DNA of 29,797 nt from a virus (IMGVR_UViG_3300020571_000016:1-29797), one strand, 5' to 3'; shown: positions 8,573 to 15,375, counted from the stretch's first letter. Numbers and translations are program-made. The notes: a model not told the origin generated them from the letters alone.

Positions 8573-8917
8573 AACAAGAAGTTTAGCGGAGTTTAAAAAA
8601 ATAAAAAAGTTTTTGTGGGGGTATTGTTAATGTCAAGGACCTTCCACAGGCCCTGTACCCCCCTTGTTGCTTACTCACAACAATTCTTGTGCGTGTACCA
8701 AAACTGCAACAGCCTTAAAAGTTTACGGCGAGAGTTAGCGAGAGAGGGTGCCAAAGTTTGGAAGTGCCTCGAATACCAACCGAGGATTTTTTAAAGGTGG
8801 TTGTTTTTCCCTAGGCAACATTCAGGGACGTTTTTTTTCTAACCATCACTTTTTTGTTTTTAGCCTAGACGCGAATGGTTATCGTTATGCGTAATAGAAT
8901 CGTTTGCAATACGTTAT

Positions 8918-9001
8918 GTTGCGTAGATGCAACGCGTTGCGTTTATGCAACATGGCTACGTTGTGGCGTAGATGCAACAGTTAGTGTTGCGTGGATGCAA
9001 C
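8918..9001. repeat. Array of four 16-bp palindromes GTTGCGTNNATGCAAC (putative protein-binding sites)
   Basis: Copies at 8918-8933, 8936-8951, 8963-8978 (GTGGC variant) and 8986-9001; degenerate copy at 8666-8681. Confidence 0.85.
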
Positions 9002-9057
9002 ACGATCAGGCGTCAGCAATCCGTAGTGACTACGGTAGGCTCTGTAGTCATTTCGAC

Positions 9058-9274
9058 TACTAACGCTCAAACCCTATAAAAATAGGCATTTACGAGCAAT
9101 GTTAGTAAGTCAGTAAGTATTTCTTCCCTATACTTTTACTGTACTAACTTTTTTTGCAACTTCACTACTCTCTGTCTTTTTTACTAACAGTTTCTATTTC
9201 TCCATGATTTTCAATAGTTTAGGTGTTAGTAATTTTCACCCTAACTTCTGAATAGTGCTACTACGCTTACTGAC
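9058..9274. other. Putative replication origin: TACTRAC/GTYAGTA iterons in both orientations in AT-rich DNA, with an IHF-like site
   Basis: TACTAAC at 9058, 9142, 9182; TACTGAC at 9268; GTTAGTA at 9101, 9225; GTCAGTA at 9109; TTTCAATAGTTTA at 9209-9221. Confidence 0.6.
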
Positions 9275-9311
9275 GCAACAGATACCTAGCGTTTTGTGTA
9301 TGTAACTTGTG

Positions 9312-9340
9312 TTGACAGCATCGACACAACAAGGTGTAAT
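9312..9340 (+). promoter_or_regulatory. sigma70-type early promoter
   Basis: TTGACA-N17-TGTAAT, 38 nt upstream of the first plus-strand gene. Confidence 0.65.
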
Positions 9341-9378
9341 GCAATCGTTGACAGACAAAACACACGGAGCAACTAGCA

Positions 9379-9630
9379 ATGTTTAGCCATTCAGACTTTG
9401 AAGCCAACCCGAAAAAGTACGAGTTAGTAAAAACGGCTCGTGTCGCTTCCCATGTATTTACAGAGAACGGCTCTGACGATCTTGCAAAGGGTCAATTTGT
9501 CGCCGTTCGTCACATTCGCAATGCCTATAACGGCTTGCGTCATCGCATGGAGCCTGTTTACAGCATCACCGCAAGCGGCAAGGTGTGGGGTGTGATGTTC
9601 GCTTCTAATCTCTCTGACTTCGTTCTGTAA
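9379..9630 (+). CDS. Early hypothetical protein (83 aa)
   Basis: GGAG RBS; first gene after the promoter. Confidence 0.75.
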   Translation: MFSHSDFEANPKKYELVKTARVASHVFTENGSDDLAKGQFVAVRHIRNAYNGLRHRMEPVYSITASGKVWGVMFASNLSDFVL

Positions 9631-9640
9631 GGGGATAACT

Positions 9641-9781
9641 ATGACTCACTTCCTTAACTCCATCGTCTTCGTAGGCTTCACCCTCGCTTGTGTTGCCTTT
9701 GTAATAGATTCCTTTACACTCGGAGCCGGTGGCATAACCGTTGCCGGTATCGCTGCCTTGATCGACTACGTTCGCAACTAA
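9641..9781 (+). CDS. 46-aa hydrophobic (about 2 TM) early protein
   Basis: Manual translation MTHFLNSIVFVGFTLACVAFVIDSFTLGAGGITVAGIAALIDYVRN*; AAGGGG RBS. Confidence 0.7.
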   Translation: MTHFLNSIVFVGFTLACVAFVIDSFTLGAGGITVAGIAALIDYVRN

Positions 9782-9799
9782 CTCTCGGAAAATCACAAA

Positions 9800-10057
9800 A
9801 TGAAGCCTTACGCACAATACAAACCAGACGGCAAACTGTGGTCAGCAGGTCGCACCATTTATGGCCTCTGCGCTGCTTATAACCATGCCACAAGCCCATC
9901 ACGCTTGATGACGGACGAGCAGCACCAACGCTCTAACGTCTACGCTCGCGCCATCCGTAACCGTATTAGACGCATGGGCTACCGATACGGAGAGCATTAC
10001 TCGGAATGGTCGAATGGTGCTCTCTATCCGTGTTCTGTTAAGTCTACCAATCCCTAG
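9800..10057 (+). CDS. Early hypothetical protein (85 aa)
   Basis: ORF in the plus-strand operon; its stop lies 4 nt before the ribozyme. Confidence 0.65.
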   Translation: MKPYAQYKPDGKLWSAGRTIYGLCAAYNHATSPSRLMTDEQHQRSNVYARAIRNRIRRMGYRYGEHYSEWSNGALYPCSVKSTNP

Positions 10058-10060
10058 AGA

Positions 10061-10110
10061 GGTCGAAACGCCGTGAGGCGTCTAGCAGTTATGCTGCTAC
10101 TGATGAGACC
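10061..10110 (+). ncRNA. Hammerhead ribozyme, type II; predicted cleavage 3' of C10082
   Basis: GGUC-GAA-ACGCC(GUGA)GGCGU-C^-UAGCAG(UUAUG)CUGCUA-CUGAUGA-GACC. All core nucleotides and three perfect stems are present; intergenic. Confidence 0.95.
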
Positions 10111-10125
10111 AACAAACTAGGAGAT

Positions 10126-10431
10126 ATGCACATGGGTTACACAATCAACGACACCGAATCCCGATACAACGGTTGGACTAACTACGCTACGTGGCGCGTC
10201 AATCTGGAGATCTTCGACGGGTTCGACCCCTCTGACTATTTCTCAGGCTTTGACGCTGACGATATCGACGCATTGGCTGACGGTCTGTCTGACTACGCCG
10301 ATCAAGTGTTGTTCGAGTGCGCTACCGTCGAGGGGTTAGCCGCTGACTATGCCCGCGCCTTTTTGTCTGACGTTAACTGGCGAGAGATTGCCGAGCATAT
10401 GTTGGACGCCATCAAGCAGGAGGCCGCATGA
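10126..10431 (+). CDS. Acidic early phage protein (YNGWTNYxTW type)
   Basis: AGGAG RBS; YNGWTNYATW...VNWREIA motifs. The start may be at 10132. Confidence 0.8.
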   Translation: MHMGYTINDTESRYNGWTNYATWRVNLEIFDGFDPSDYFSGFDADDIDALADGLSDYADQVLFECATVEGLAADYARAFLSDVNWREIAEHMLDAIKQEAA

Positions 10432-10739
10432 ACGCTCACACTCCATACCCGTGGACGGTAGACGGAACAATTGCCGCCGAAAATTTAGATGTAATCGGTG
10501 AAGGTGGCCGCGTTGCCATGCTTGATTGCGACGATATCGACGCCGACACGTTAGAAGCCAATGCTCGATTGATCGCCGCCGCACCGGAACTCCTCGAAGC
10601 CCTGATCCTTTTGCTGAATGTAGAAAGCGCAGCCTTATGGGGGGCGCGTTTAACCGCCGCGAATAATGGTTTAGATGTTGCCTATCATTTTGATAAGGCT
10701 AGAGCCGCCATCGCCAAGGCTAGCGGGGAGGCCGCATGA
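10428..10739 (+). CDS. Early phage protein with HTP.PW / ANARLIAAAPELLEAL motif
   Basis: Widespread phage motif; ATGA coupling and GGAGG RBS. Confidence 0.8.
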   Translation: MNAHTPYPWTVDGTIAAENLDVIGEGGRVAMLDCDDIDADTLEANARLIAAAPELLEALILLLNVESAALWGARLTAANNGLDVAYHFDKARAAIAKASGEAA

Positions 10740-10921
10740 GAGCCTTTGACGTGGTGCTATTTACCTGCATCCAAGAGGTCGTAACCGTTGAGGCACGCGA
10801 CGAGGACGATGCCGCCGAGATCGCCTTGCACATCGTCCGAGCGGGCTACACGAAACACGACCAACTGGATTGGGACGTCGAAGAGGTAAATATAGGAGAC
10901 CCTGCCGATGTCGCAGAATGA
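10736..10921 (+). CDS. Small acidic early protein (VEA.DEDDA.E.A motif)
   Basis: ATGA coupling and GGAGG RBS. Confidence 0.7.
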   Translation: MRAFDVVLFTCIQEVVTVEARDEDDAAEIALHIVRAGYTKHDQLDWDVEEVNIGDPADVAE

Positions 10922-11117
10922 CCAGATACGCGCCGCCCTGATTCTAGGGCGCTCGCTCACCCCGCTCGATGCCTTGCAGGACTATGGATGCTTCAGGCTT
11001 GCTGCCCGTATCGCAGACCTACGCCGTGAGGGCATGGACATTGAGTGCATTAACGAAACGAAGAACGGCAAGCGATACGCTCGCTATCAACTGCGGAGGC
11101 CGTATGCGTCTGCATAA
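10908..11117 (+). CDS. Winged helix-turn-helix protein (HTH_39-like)
   Basis: LTPLDALQDYGCFRLAARIADLRREG..I motif; GGAG RBS. Confidence 0.8.
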   Translation: MSQNDQIRAALILGRSLTPLDALQDYGCFRLAARIADLRREGMDIECINETKNGKRYARYQLRRPYASA

Positions 11118-11226
11118 ACTCTGGCAACTAGGGTACTGGTACGCTCGCGGCCACGATTGGCGACACGTACCGCCCCCGAACTGGCGATCCAGCCGCGCAC
11201 AACATCCGCTCTCCAATTACTGGTGA
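11104..11226 (+). CDS. 40-aa Trp-rich hypothetical protein
   Basis: GGAGG RBS before ATG 11104; MRLHKLWQLGYWYARGHDW... Confidence 0.55.
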   Translation: MRLHKLWQLGYWYARGHDWRHVPPPNWRSSRAQHPLSNYW

Positions 11227-11230
11227 CACT

Positions 11231-11440
11231 ATGGAAAAGCCACACATACCAACCCTGCAAGAATTAGAGGCTCTATTTGCCGACGACGATACACCCCTCA
11301 CCTACCGAGCACCCCCCGACCCTGCGCGGCTCCAAACGGCTGTGCGGGCGTTTATCAGCGCATGGGATGACGACTTGACGGTTAGGGAACTCGCGCCTTT
11401 TGTTGAGGAAGTGCGCCGCGCATTGGAGGGTAGGCCATGA
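11231..11440 (+). CDS. Hypothetical protein (69 aa)
   Basis: ORF within the coupled operon. Confidence 0.65.
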   Translation: MEKPHIPTLQELEALFADDDTPLTYRAPPDPARLQTAVRAFISAWDDDLTVRELAPFVEEVRRALEGRP

Positions 11441-11571
11441 CCGAGTTTCATGAACGATGGGGGTTGCAGCCAACCTATCCACGGCTAACCCGTTGCACTC
11501 GCCGGTATTGGATCACTTATCTCGGGCGATGCGTAGATACTGCGAGGGCGACACTATGGCGGGATTCTTGA
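11437..11571 (+). CDS. 44-aa hypothetical protein
   Basis: ATGA coupling and GGAGG RBS; MTEFHERWGLQPTYP...LWRDS*. Confidence 0.55.
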   Translation: MTEFHERWGLQPTYPRLTRCTRRYWITYLGRCVDTARATLWRDS

Positions 11572-11618
11572 TCGCCGTCGCCTTGACGGTACTTGCGTCG
11601 ATATTGTTCGACGATTAA
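11556..11618 (+). CDS. 20-aa hydrophobic peptide
   Basis: MAGFLIAVALTVLASILFDD*; GAGG RBS; ends just before the terminator. Confidence 0.4.
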   Translation: MAGFLIAVALTVLASILFDD

Positions 11619-11620
11619 CG

Positions 11621-11649
11621 GAGGGGGCTTCGCGCCCCCTCTCTTATTT
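11621..11649 (+). terminator. Intrinsic terminator between convergent operons
   Basis: GAGGGGGC-TTCGC-GCCCCCTC followed by TCTTATTT. Confidence 0.75.
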
Positions 11650-12969
11650 CACGGCCTGAAGATCAGGCTTACCCTCGACCATCGCCCGGATGTCTGACTT
11701 GCTACGGTCGGCCAACTCGGGAGCCACCCAGAGGTGTTTCGGCGTCTGATATTCGCGGCTCATAACTCGCCCGATATCCTTCCAGCCACTCTCTCGCAGG
11801 GCGACGAATAACGTCTCACGGGACGGTTTATGGCCGTCCGTACCTGCGGCAATGCCAGACAGCACCTCCGACCACGGAGAGCCTATAACGCCTCTAGCGA
11901 AGACTCCGCGACGTTGCCGCACCATGTCAGCGATAAATGCCTCGCCGCCGCTCATGCCAAGATCGACCATCGCCAATTTCGCATCAGTCAACGGCGGCAC
12001 GGCTCCGGGGTTGAACGCGCTAACGTCTCGCGCATCCAGGTAACCCGCCACAGCCTCAAACCCGCCCTTGCCGTACCAATCCCACAGCCTTGCGGCTTCG
12101 TCGTCCGGTAGGCGTGGCGCTTGCGACCAGATGACGAACCAGCGTCGATCATCAGCCGGAATCGTAATGGGCGCTCGATCATTACTGAACGCCAGCACGA
12201 AAATCCTATTCACCACATAGTACGGGTGCTGTTGCTTCTTATTGACCAGCAGCAACTCGGGCGGCGCAGCGATCACGGGCTTCAGGTTGTTTTCCATCGC
12301 TCGACGGTCATCGCCCTTGCGGTATCGAATCTCGTTTAGCACGATGACTTCGGACTCGTAGGTATAGCCCCACGAGCCAGCGACCTCTTCAGCCCTAGCC
12401 ACGGCTATGTTCTTGAGCGAACCGCCGCCAATAGACCACAGGAAAGGCGCCCAGAGCGTGTCCTTACCACCACCCGGCAAACCCGTGTGCAGCACGGCAT
12501 GGTTTATCTTGCGGCTCGGGTTCTGGCGCTTGTACGCCATCACGTTCAAAACGTGTTCGCGCTCAAAGTCGGCAGGGATCATCCGGTGCAGGTGGTTTAG
12601 CCACAGCGATACGTCCGCGCTCTGTGCGGCTGGCCGTGAGTCCTTCCACTTGTTGACGTAGCCCACCCCGGCTTTCTTCAGCAACTCGGTTTCACCCGGC
12701 GCATACGTCAGGGCGTTAGCGACGTAACTACCCATCGCAGCCCGGTTCTCATCGAAGAAGGTAGCCGCCTCAATGCGCCTAGCCTTGTTGTGTACGGAGT
12801 AGCACGGCGTGCCCCGAAACAGGGCGTTAAACGTCTGCCGGGAATAGTCCTGATGCGTCTTGACATCGAAAAACAGGTCGCCCTCGGCAACGTAAACAAA
12901 TCGTTTAAACCAGTCAGCCGGTGCCAACTGCGATACATCACCATCCGCGAGACTTTCGTATTCATCCAT
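11644..12969 (-). CDS. SF3/D5-type (DUF5906-like) replicative helicase without a primase domain
   Basis: Walker A GLPGGGKDT, Walker B VIVLNE, motif C AFSN, DDRRW arginine finger. Start at ATG 12969 (GTG 12999 is possible). Confidence 0.85.
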   Translation of the reverse strand: MDEYESLADGDVSQLAPADWFKRFVYVAEGDLFFDVKTHQDYSRQTFNALFRGTPCYSVHNKARRIEAATFFDENRAAMGSYVANALTYAPGETELLKKAGVGYVNKWKDSRPAAQSADVSLWLNHLHRMIPADFEREHVLNVMAYKRQNPSRKINHAVLHTGLPGGGKDTLWAPFLWSIGGGSLKNIAVARAEEVAGSWGYTYESEVIVLNEIRYRKGDDRRAMENNLKPVIAAPPELLLVNKKQQHPYYVVNRIFVLAFSNDRAPITIPADDRRWFVIWSQAPRLPDDEAARLWDWYGKGGFEAVAGYLDARDVSAFNPGAVPPLTDAKLAMVDLGMSGGEAFIADMVRQRRGVFARGVIGSPWSEVLSGIAAGTDGHKPSRETLFVALRESGWKDIGRVMSREYQTPKHLWVAPELADRSKSDIRAMVEGKPDLQAVK

Positions 12970-13006
12970 TGCATAACCCCACTGTTCTGCTATTCTCACG
13001 GAGCAT
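12962..13006 (-). CDS. Putative 14-aa leader peptide overlapping the helicase start
   Basis: GGAG-N9-ATG; MLRENSRTVGLCNG*; its stop lies within ATGGATGA at the helicase ATG. Confidence 0.4.
   Translation of the reverse strand: MLRENSRTVGLCNG
12969..12996 (+). promoter_or_regulatory. sigma70-type promoter for an antisense sRNA
   Basis: TTGCAT-N16-TATTCT with an extended -10 TG. Confidence 0.6.
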
Positions 13007-13071
13007 TGCGATTTTCTCCGTGTACTTCTCCTAGAGAGACTTCAGCCCCACCTCACCGTGGGGCTTTTTTT
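13001..13071 (+). ncRNA. Putative ~70-nt antisense/regulatory sRNA
   Basis: Bounded by a plus-strand promoter and a plus-strand terminator inside a minus-strand operon; contains two anti-SD tracts (UUCUCCG, UUCUCCU). Confidence 0.6.
13044..13071 (+). terminator. Intrinsic terminator oriented against the operon
   Basis: AGCCCCAC-CTCACC-GTGGGGC-T7. Confidence 0.8.
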
Positions 13072-13390
13072 ATGGACTGCCCATTCGTCGGTTAGCCGAG
13101 ATGGTGCGCCATGTGTCGAGGACGATGCGCTCGGTTTCGCGCTTGTTCGCCATCTTGGCGTAGAGCGCGACAGCCGCACAATACCGTTCGTGCGACTCTT
13201 TCGTGGCGTGGTGGGTCGCGGCAATCGCTTGCCGCTCCGCCACCGTACCCTCGGCATGAGTAAAGACGGCCTCACGGGTCGCCTTCCAGCCATACTCGGC
13301 ACGCTCCATCTCAGCCTTTGCCAGCGCGCACGGCTCGTCTGTATCGACGAGATACCGCAGCGCTTTCTCGGCTCTTTCTTCGCTAATCAT
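13070..13390 (-). CDS. Helical coiled-coil protein of the recombination module (loosely UvsY-like)
   Basis: Coupled ORF; C-terminal WRT..AN.R motif. Confidence 0.65.
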   Translation of the reverse strand: MISEERAEKALRYLVDTDEPCALAKAEMERAEYGWKATREAVFTHAEGTVAERQAIAATHHATKESHERYCAAVALYAKMANKRETERIVLDTWRTISANRRMGSP

Positions 13391-13704
13391 TAGAAGCCCA
13401 ACGGATCGTTGAGGTCAGCGTTTGCCCAATTCTCTTCGGTCAACCCTGCGGCTGGCGCGGCTTTCTTTGCCTGAACCTGCTTCGGGTTGAACTTCAGCGC
13501 AAGATACTTTTTGCCGCTCTTCGCAGTCTTTAAGCGTGCGTCAATCCAATATTCGGTGTCACCAATCAAGCCGCTGCCTTTGTAATCAGCGTCTTCGATG
13601 GTGTAAGTATCGCCCGTCGAACTTTTAACGGTGCGCGGCTCGCCCTTGTTTTCGTTTTTAAACACTGAACCCGTATTCGGGCGAACTTCATAAGTTTTGT
13701 TCAC
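13390..13704 (-). CDS. Putative single-stranded DNA-binding protein
   Basis: G.VFKN..K...DYKG...YWI.......GKKYL.L core and acidic-aromatic tail DLNDPLGF; next to the exonuclease. Confidence 0.65.
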   Translation of the reverse strand: MNKTYEVRPNTGSVFKNENKGEPRTVKSSTGDTYTIEDADYKGSGLIGDTEYWIDARLKTAKSGKKYLALKFNPKQVQAKKAAPAAGLTEENWANADLNDPLGF

Positions 13705-14315
13705 AGAGTCATCTCCTTCAATTTAGAAACCTTATCATCTAACTCAGCCAAAAACTCCTGCACCTCTTTCTCTAAAAGGGTGATGCAGTCTGTATCCCGT
13801 GGGATACGCACCACGAGCAGTTGTAATTCCTCGGGCATCCTCGGATCGTATGAGACCCAATCGCACCAGTCCGTACCCGTGCAGGCCATCTGCCATTGCA
13901 TCTGATAAAAATACTTTTGCGGCGGCTCACGCTCAAAGAGGTACTCAATGTGCGTAGCCGTAGACGGACACTTAATCTCGACGCAGCCATTGACGCCCAC
14001 CAATCCGTCAGGACTGGCTCCTGCCATTTCGATTGCAGGGTGGTTGATAAAGCCTACCTCGGTGACGAGTTCGCCTACTTTGGCGCTGTAAGCGTCTCGC
14101 GCTTTGGCTTCTTGCTCGACGCCCCATTCCATCGCGGCACTACTGAACCCTTCGGTCGGCTTGCCGGTTAAGCGTTCGCATACCAACTGCGCCATGTAGT
14201 TTGCGCGGGTAGCAGCATAGCCACTCTTCGTTCGTGCCACTACATCCGCCACCTTTGAGGCTGTCACCTTACCCAAACGGGCGGCGTGCCATTCTGTTGT
14301 TCGTTGCTCCATCAC
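13701..14315 (-). CDS. YqaJ-like (lambda Exo family) exonuclease
   Basis: EQRT.EW..ARLGKVTAS, GASPDG, EIKCP, YQMQWQM, SYDPR. Confidence 0.93.
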   Translation of the reverse strand: MMEQRTTEWHAARLGKVTASKVADVVARTKSGYAATRANYMAQLVCERLTGKPTEGFSSAAMEWGVEQEAKARDAYSAKVGELVTEVGFINHPAIEMAGASPDGLVGVNGCVEIKCPSTATHIEYLFEREPPQKYFYQMQWQMACTGTDWCDWVSYDPRMPEELQLLVVRIPRDTDCITLLEKEVQEFLAELDDKVSKLKEMTL

Positions 14316-14626
14316 TTGTTTCTCTTCATAAATTCCAGCGCCTCACGGCTGAAATTAAAACCGGCGTATTCGTAAGTGTATGTGCTGCCATCGTCCCAAA
14401 TGACAATGATGAAATCATTGCCTAGCACGTAACAGCCGCGAGCCTGAATCTCGCCGCCATCGCCACGAATAAAAGCGAAATGCTTTTCATCACAATTTGT
14501 TTTCGAGGTTGTAAAATATATCTGACCGTTAGCCCGATTGTTCACACTACCCAATAAATACGGCAAGTCATCTGCTGACGCCACGCCAATCATTAACGCG
14601 GCTACTGCTATCCACCTTTTCATCAC
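14312..14626 (-). CDS. Secreted/periplasmic hypothetical protein
   Basis: Signal-peptide-like N-terminus MMKRWIAVAALMIGVASA; two Cys; AGGAG RBS. Confidence 0.7.
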   Translation of the reverse strand: MMKRWIAVAALMIGVASADDLPYLLGSVNNRANGQIYFTTSKTNCDEKHFAFIRGDGGEIQARGCYVLGNDFIIVIWDDGSTYTYEYAGFNFSREALEFMKRNK

Positions 14627-14847
14627 TCTTCTCCTGTCTCCATGAGACGTTTAAGTTCTCGACACTCGCGCTCAAGGCGCTCCATCTTTTCTGTAGTTAC
14701 AATAAGTCGGCTGGTTGCCTCGTCCCGTTGCTCCAATACGCGCCTCAACTTCTCGGCCAACGCTTGCGATAATTCTGACGAGTCAGGGATCGCCATTGTG
14801 TGACCGATGATTTCGTAGTCGGTCATTAGCGCGTAGTAAGGGGTCAT
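14623..14847 (-). CDS. Coiled-coil hypothetical protein
   Basis: Four-base start/stop overlaps at both ends. Confidence 0.65.
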   Translation of the reverse strand: MTPYYALMTDYEIIGHTMAIPDSSELSQALAEKLRRVLEQRDEATSRLIVTTEKMERLERECRELKRLMETGEE

Positions 14848-15068
14848 TGCAGTTCACCTTGCTTCCACAGCAGGTAGTCGTACTGCTTGATGCCACGGTG
14901 CAGCGCAGAGGCCATGTGCATGGGCTTTAGCCCCCACTCCTGCGCTAGCGGCTTATAGTTGATGCGCTTCTTTCTGGCTTTGGCATCGGCTTTACGCTCA
15001 CGCAGCACCTTGTACTGCTCGAACGTAATGCCGGGGTTATAGCGTGACGGTTTAGTATAGGTTTTCAT
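14844..15068 (-). CDS. Basic hypothetical protein, possible HTH
   Basis: Start at ATG 15068; YKPLAQEWGLKPMHMASALHRG. Confidence 0.6.
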   Translation of the reverse strand: MKTYTKPSRYNPGITFEQYKVLRERKADAKARKKRINYKPLAQEWGLKPMHMASALHRGIKQYDYLLWKQGELQ

Positions 15069-15375
15069 GTCCGGGCACCTGATACCACGACAAAACAATC
15101 TTGGCCGCATCCCGATGATCTTTTATCAAGCGCAGGTCTTTGGCCTTGTTCTTCTCAAACACGCCGTTTGGATACGCACCAGCCTTACGCTCTTCGATCA
15201 TCTGTTCCATCATCTCAACGGTATTGGTCAGCGACCAAGCCACGATGTATGACTCAACGTCACTTAGTATTTCTTTCACTAGCCTCTGCTCCTTTACGCT
15301 GAGGCCAACTTGCTTTTCTTCTCGCTGAACAGGCTTAGATGCACCTTTCGCTCGCTTGCGTTTAGGCTTTTCCAT
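15052..15375 (-). CDS. Hypothetical protein (start uncertain, overlaps ERF)
   Basis: Only frame that covers 15068-15294. Confidence 0.6.
   Translation of the reverse strand: MEKPKRKRAKGASKPVQREEKQVGLSVKEQRLVKEILSDVESYIVAWSLTNTVEMMEQMIEERKAGAYPNGVFEKNKAKDLRLIKDHRDAAKIVLSWYQVPGHENLY

Noticed and set aside
8389-8586. 65-aa plus-strand ORF
   Set aside because: No convincing RBS; coincides with the structured element.
8875-9063. 62-aa ORF with CVDAT repeats, or a mini-CRISPR reading of the palindromes
   Set aside because: The peptide repeats are a by-product of the DNA palindromes. The 16-bp units with 2-11-bp gaps are too short for CRISPR and there are no cas genes.
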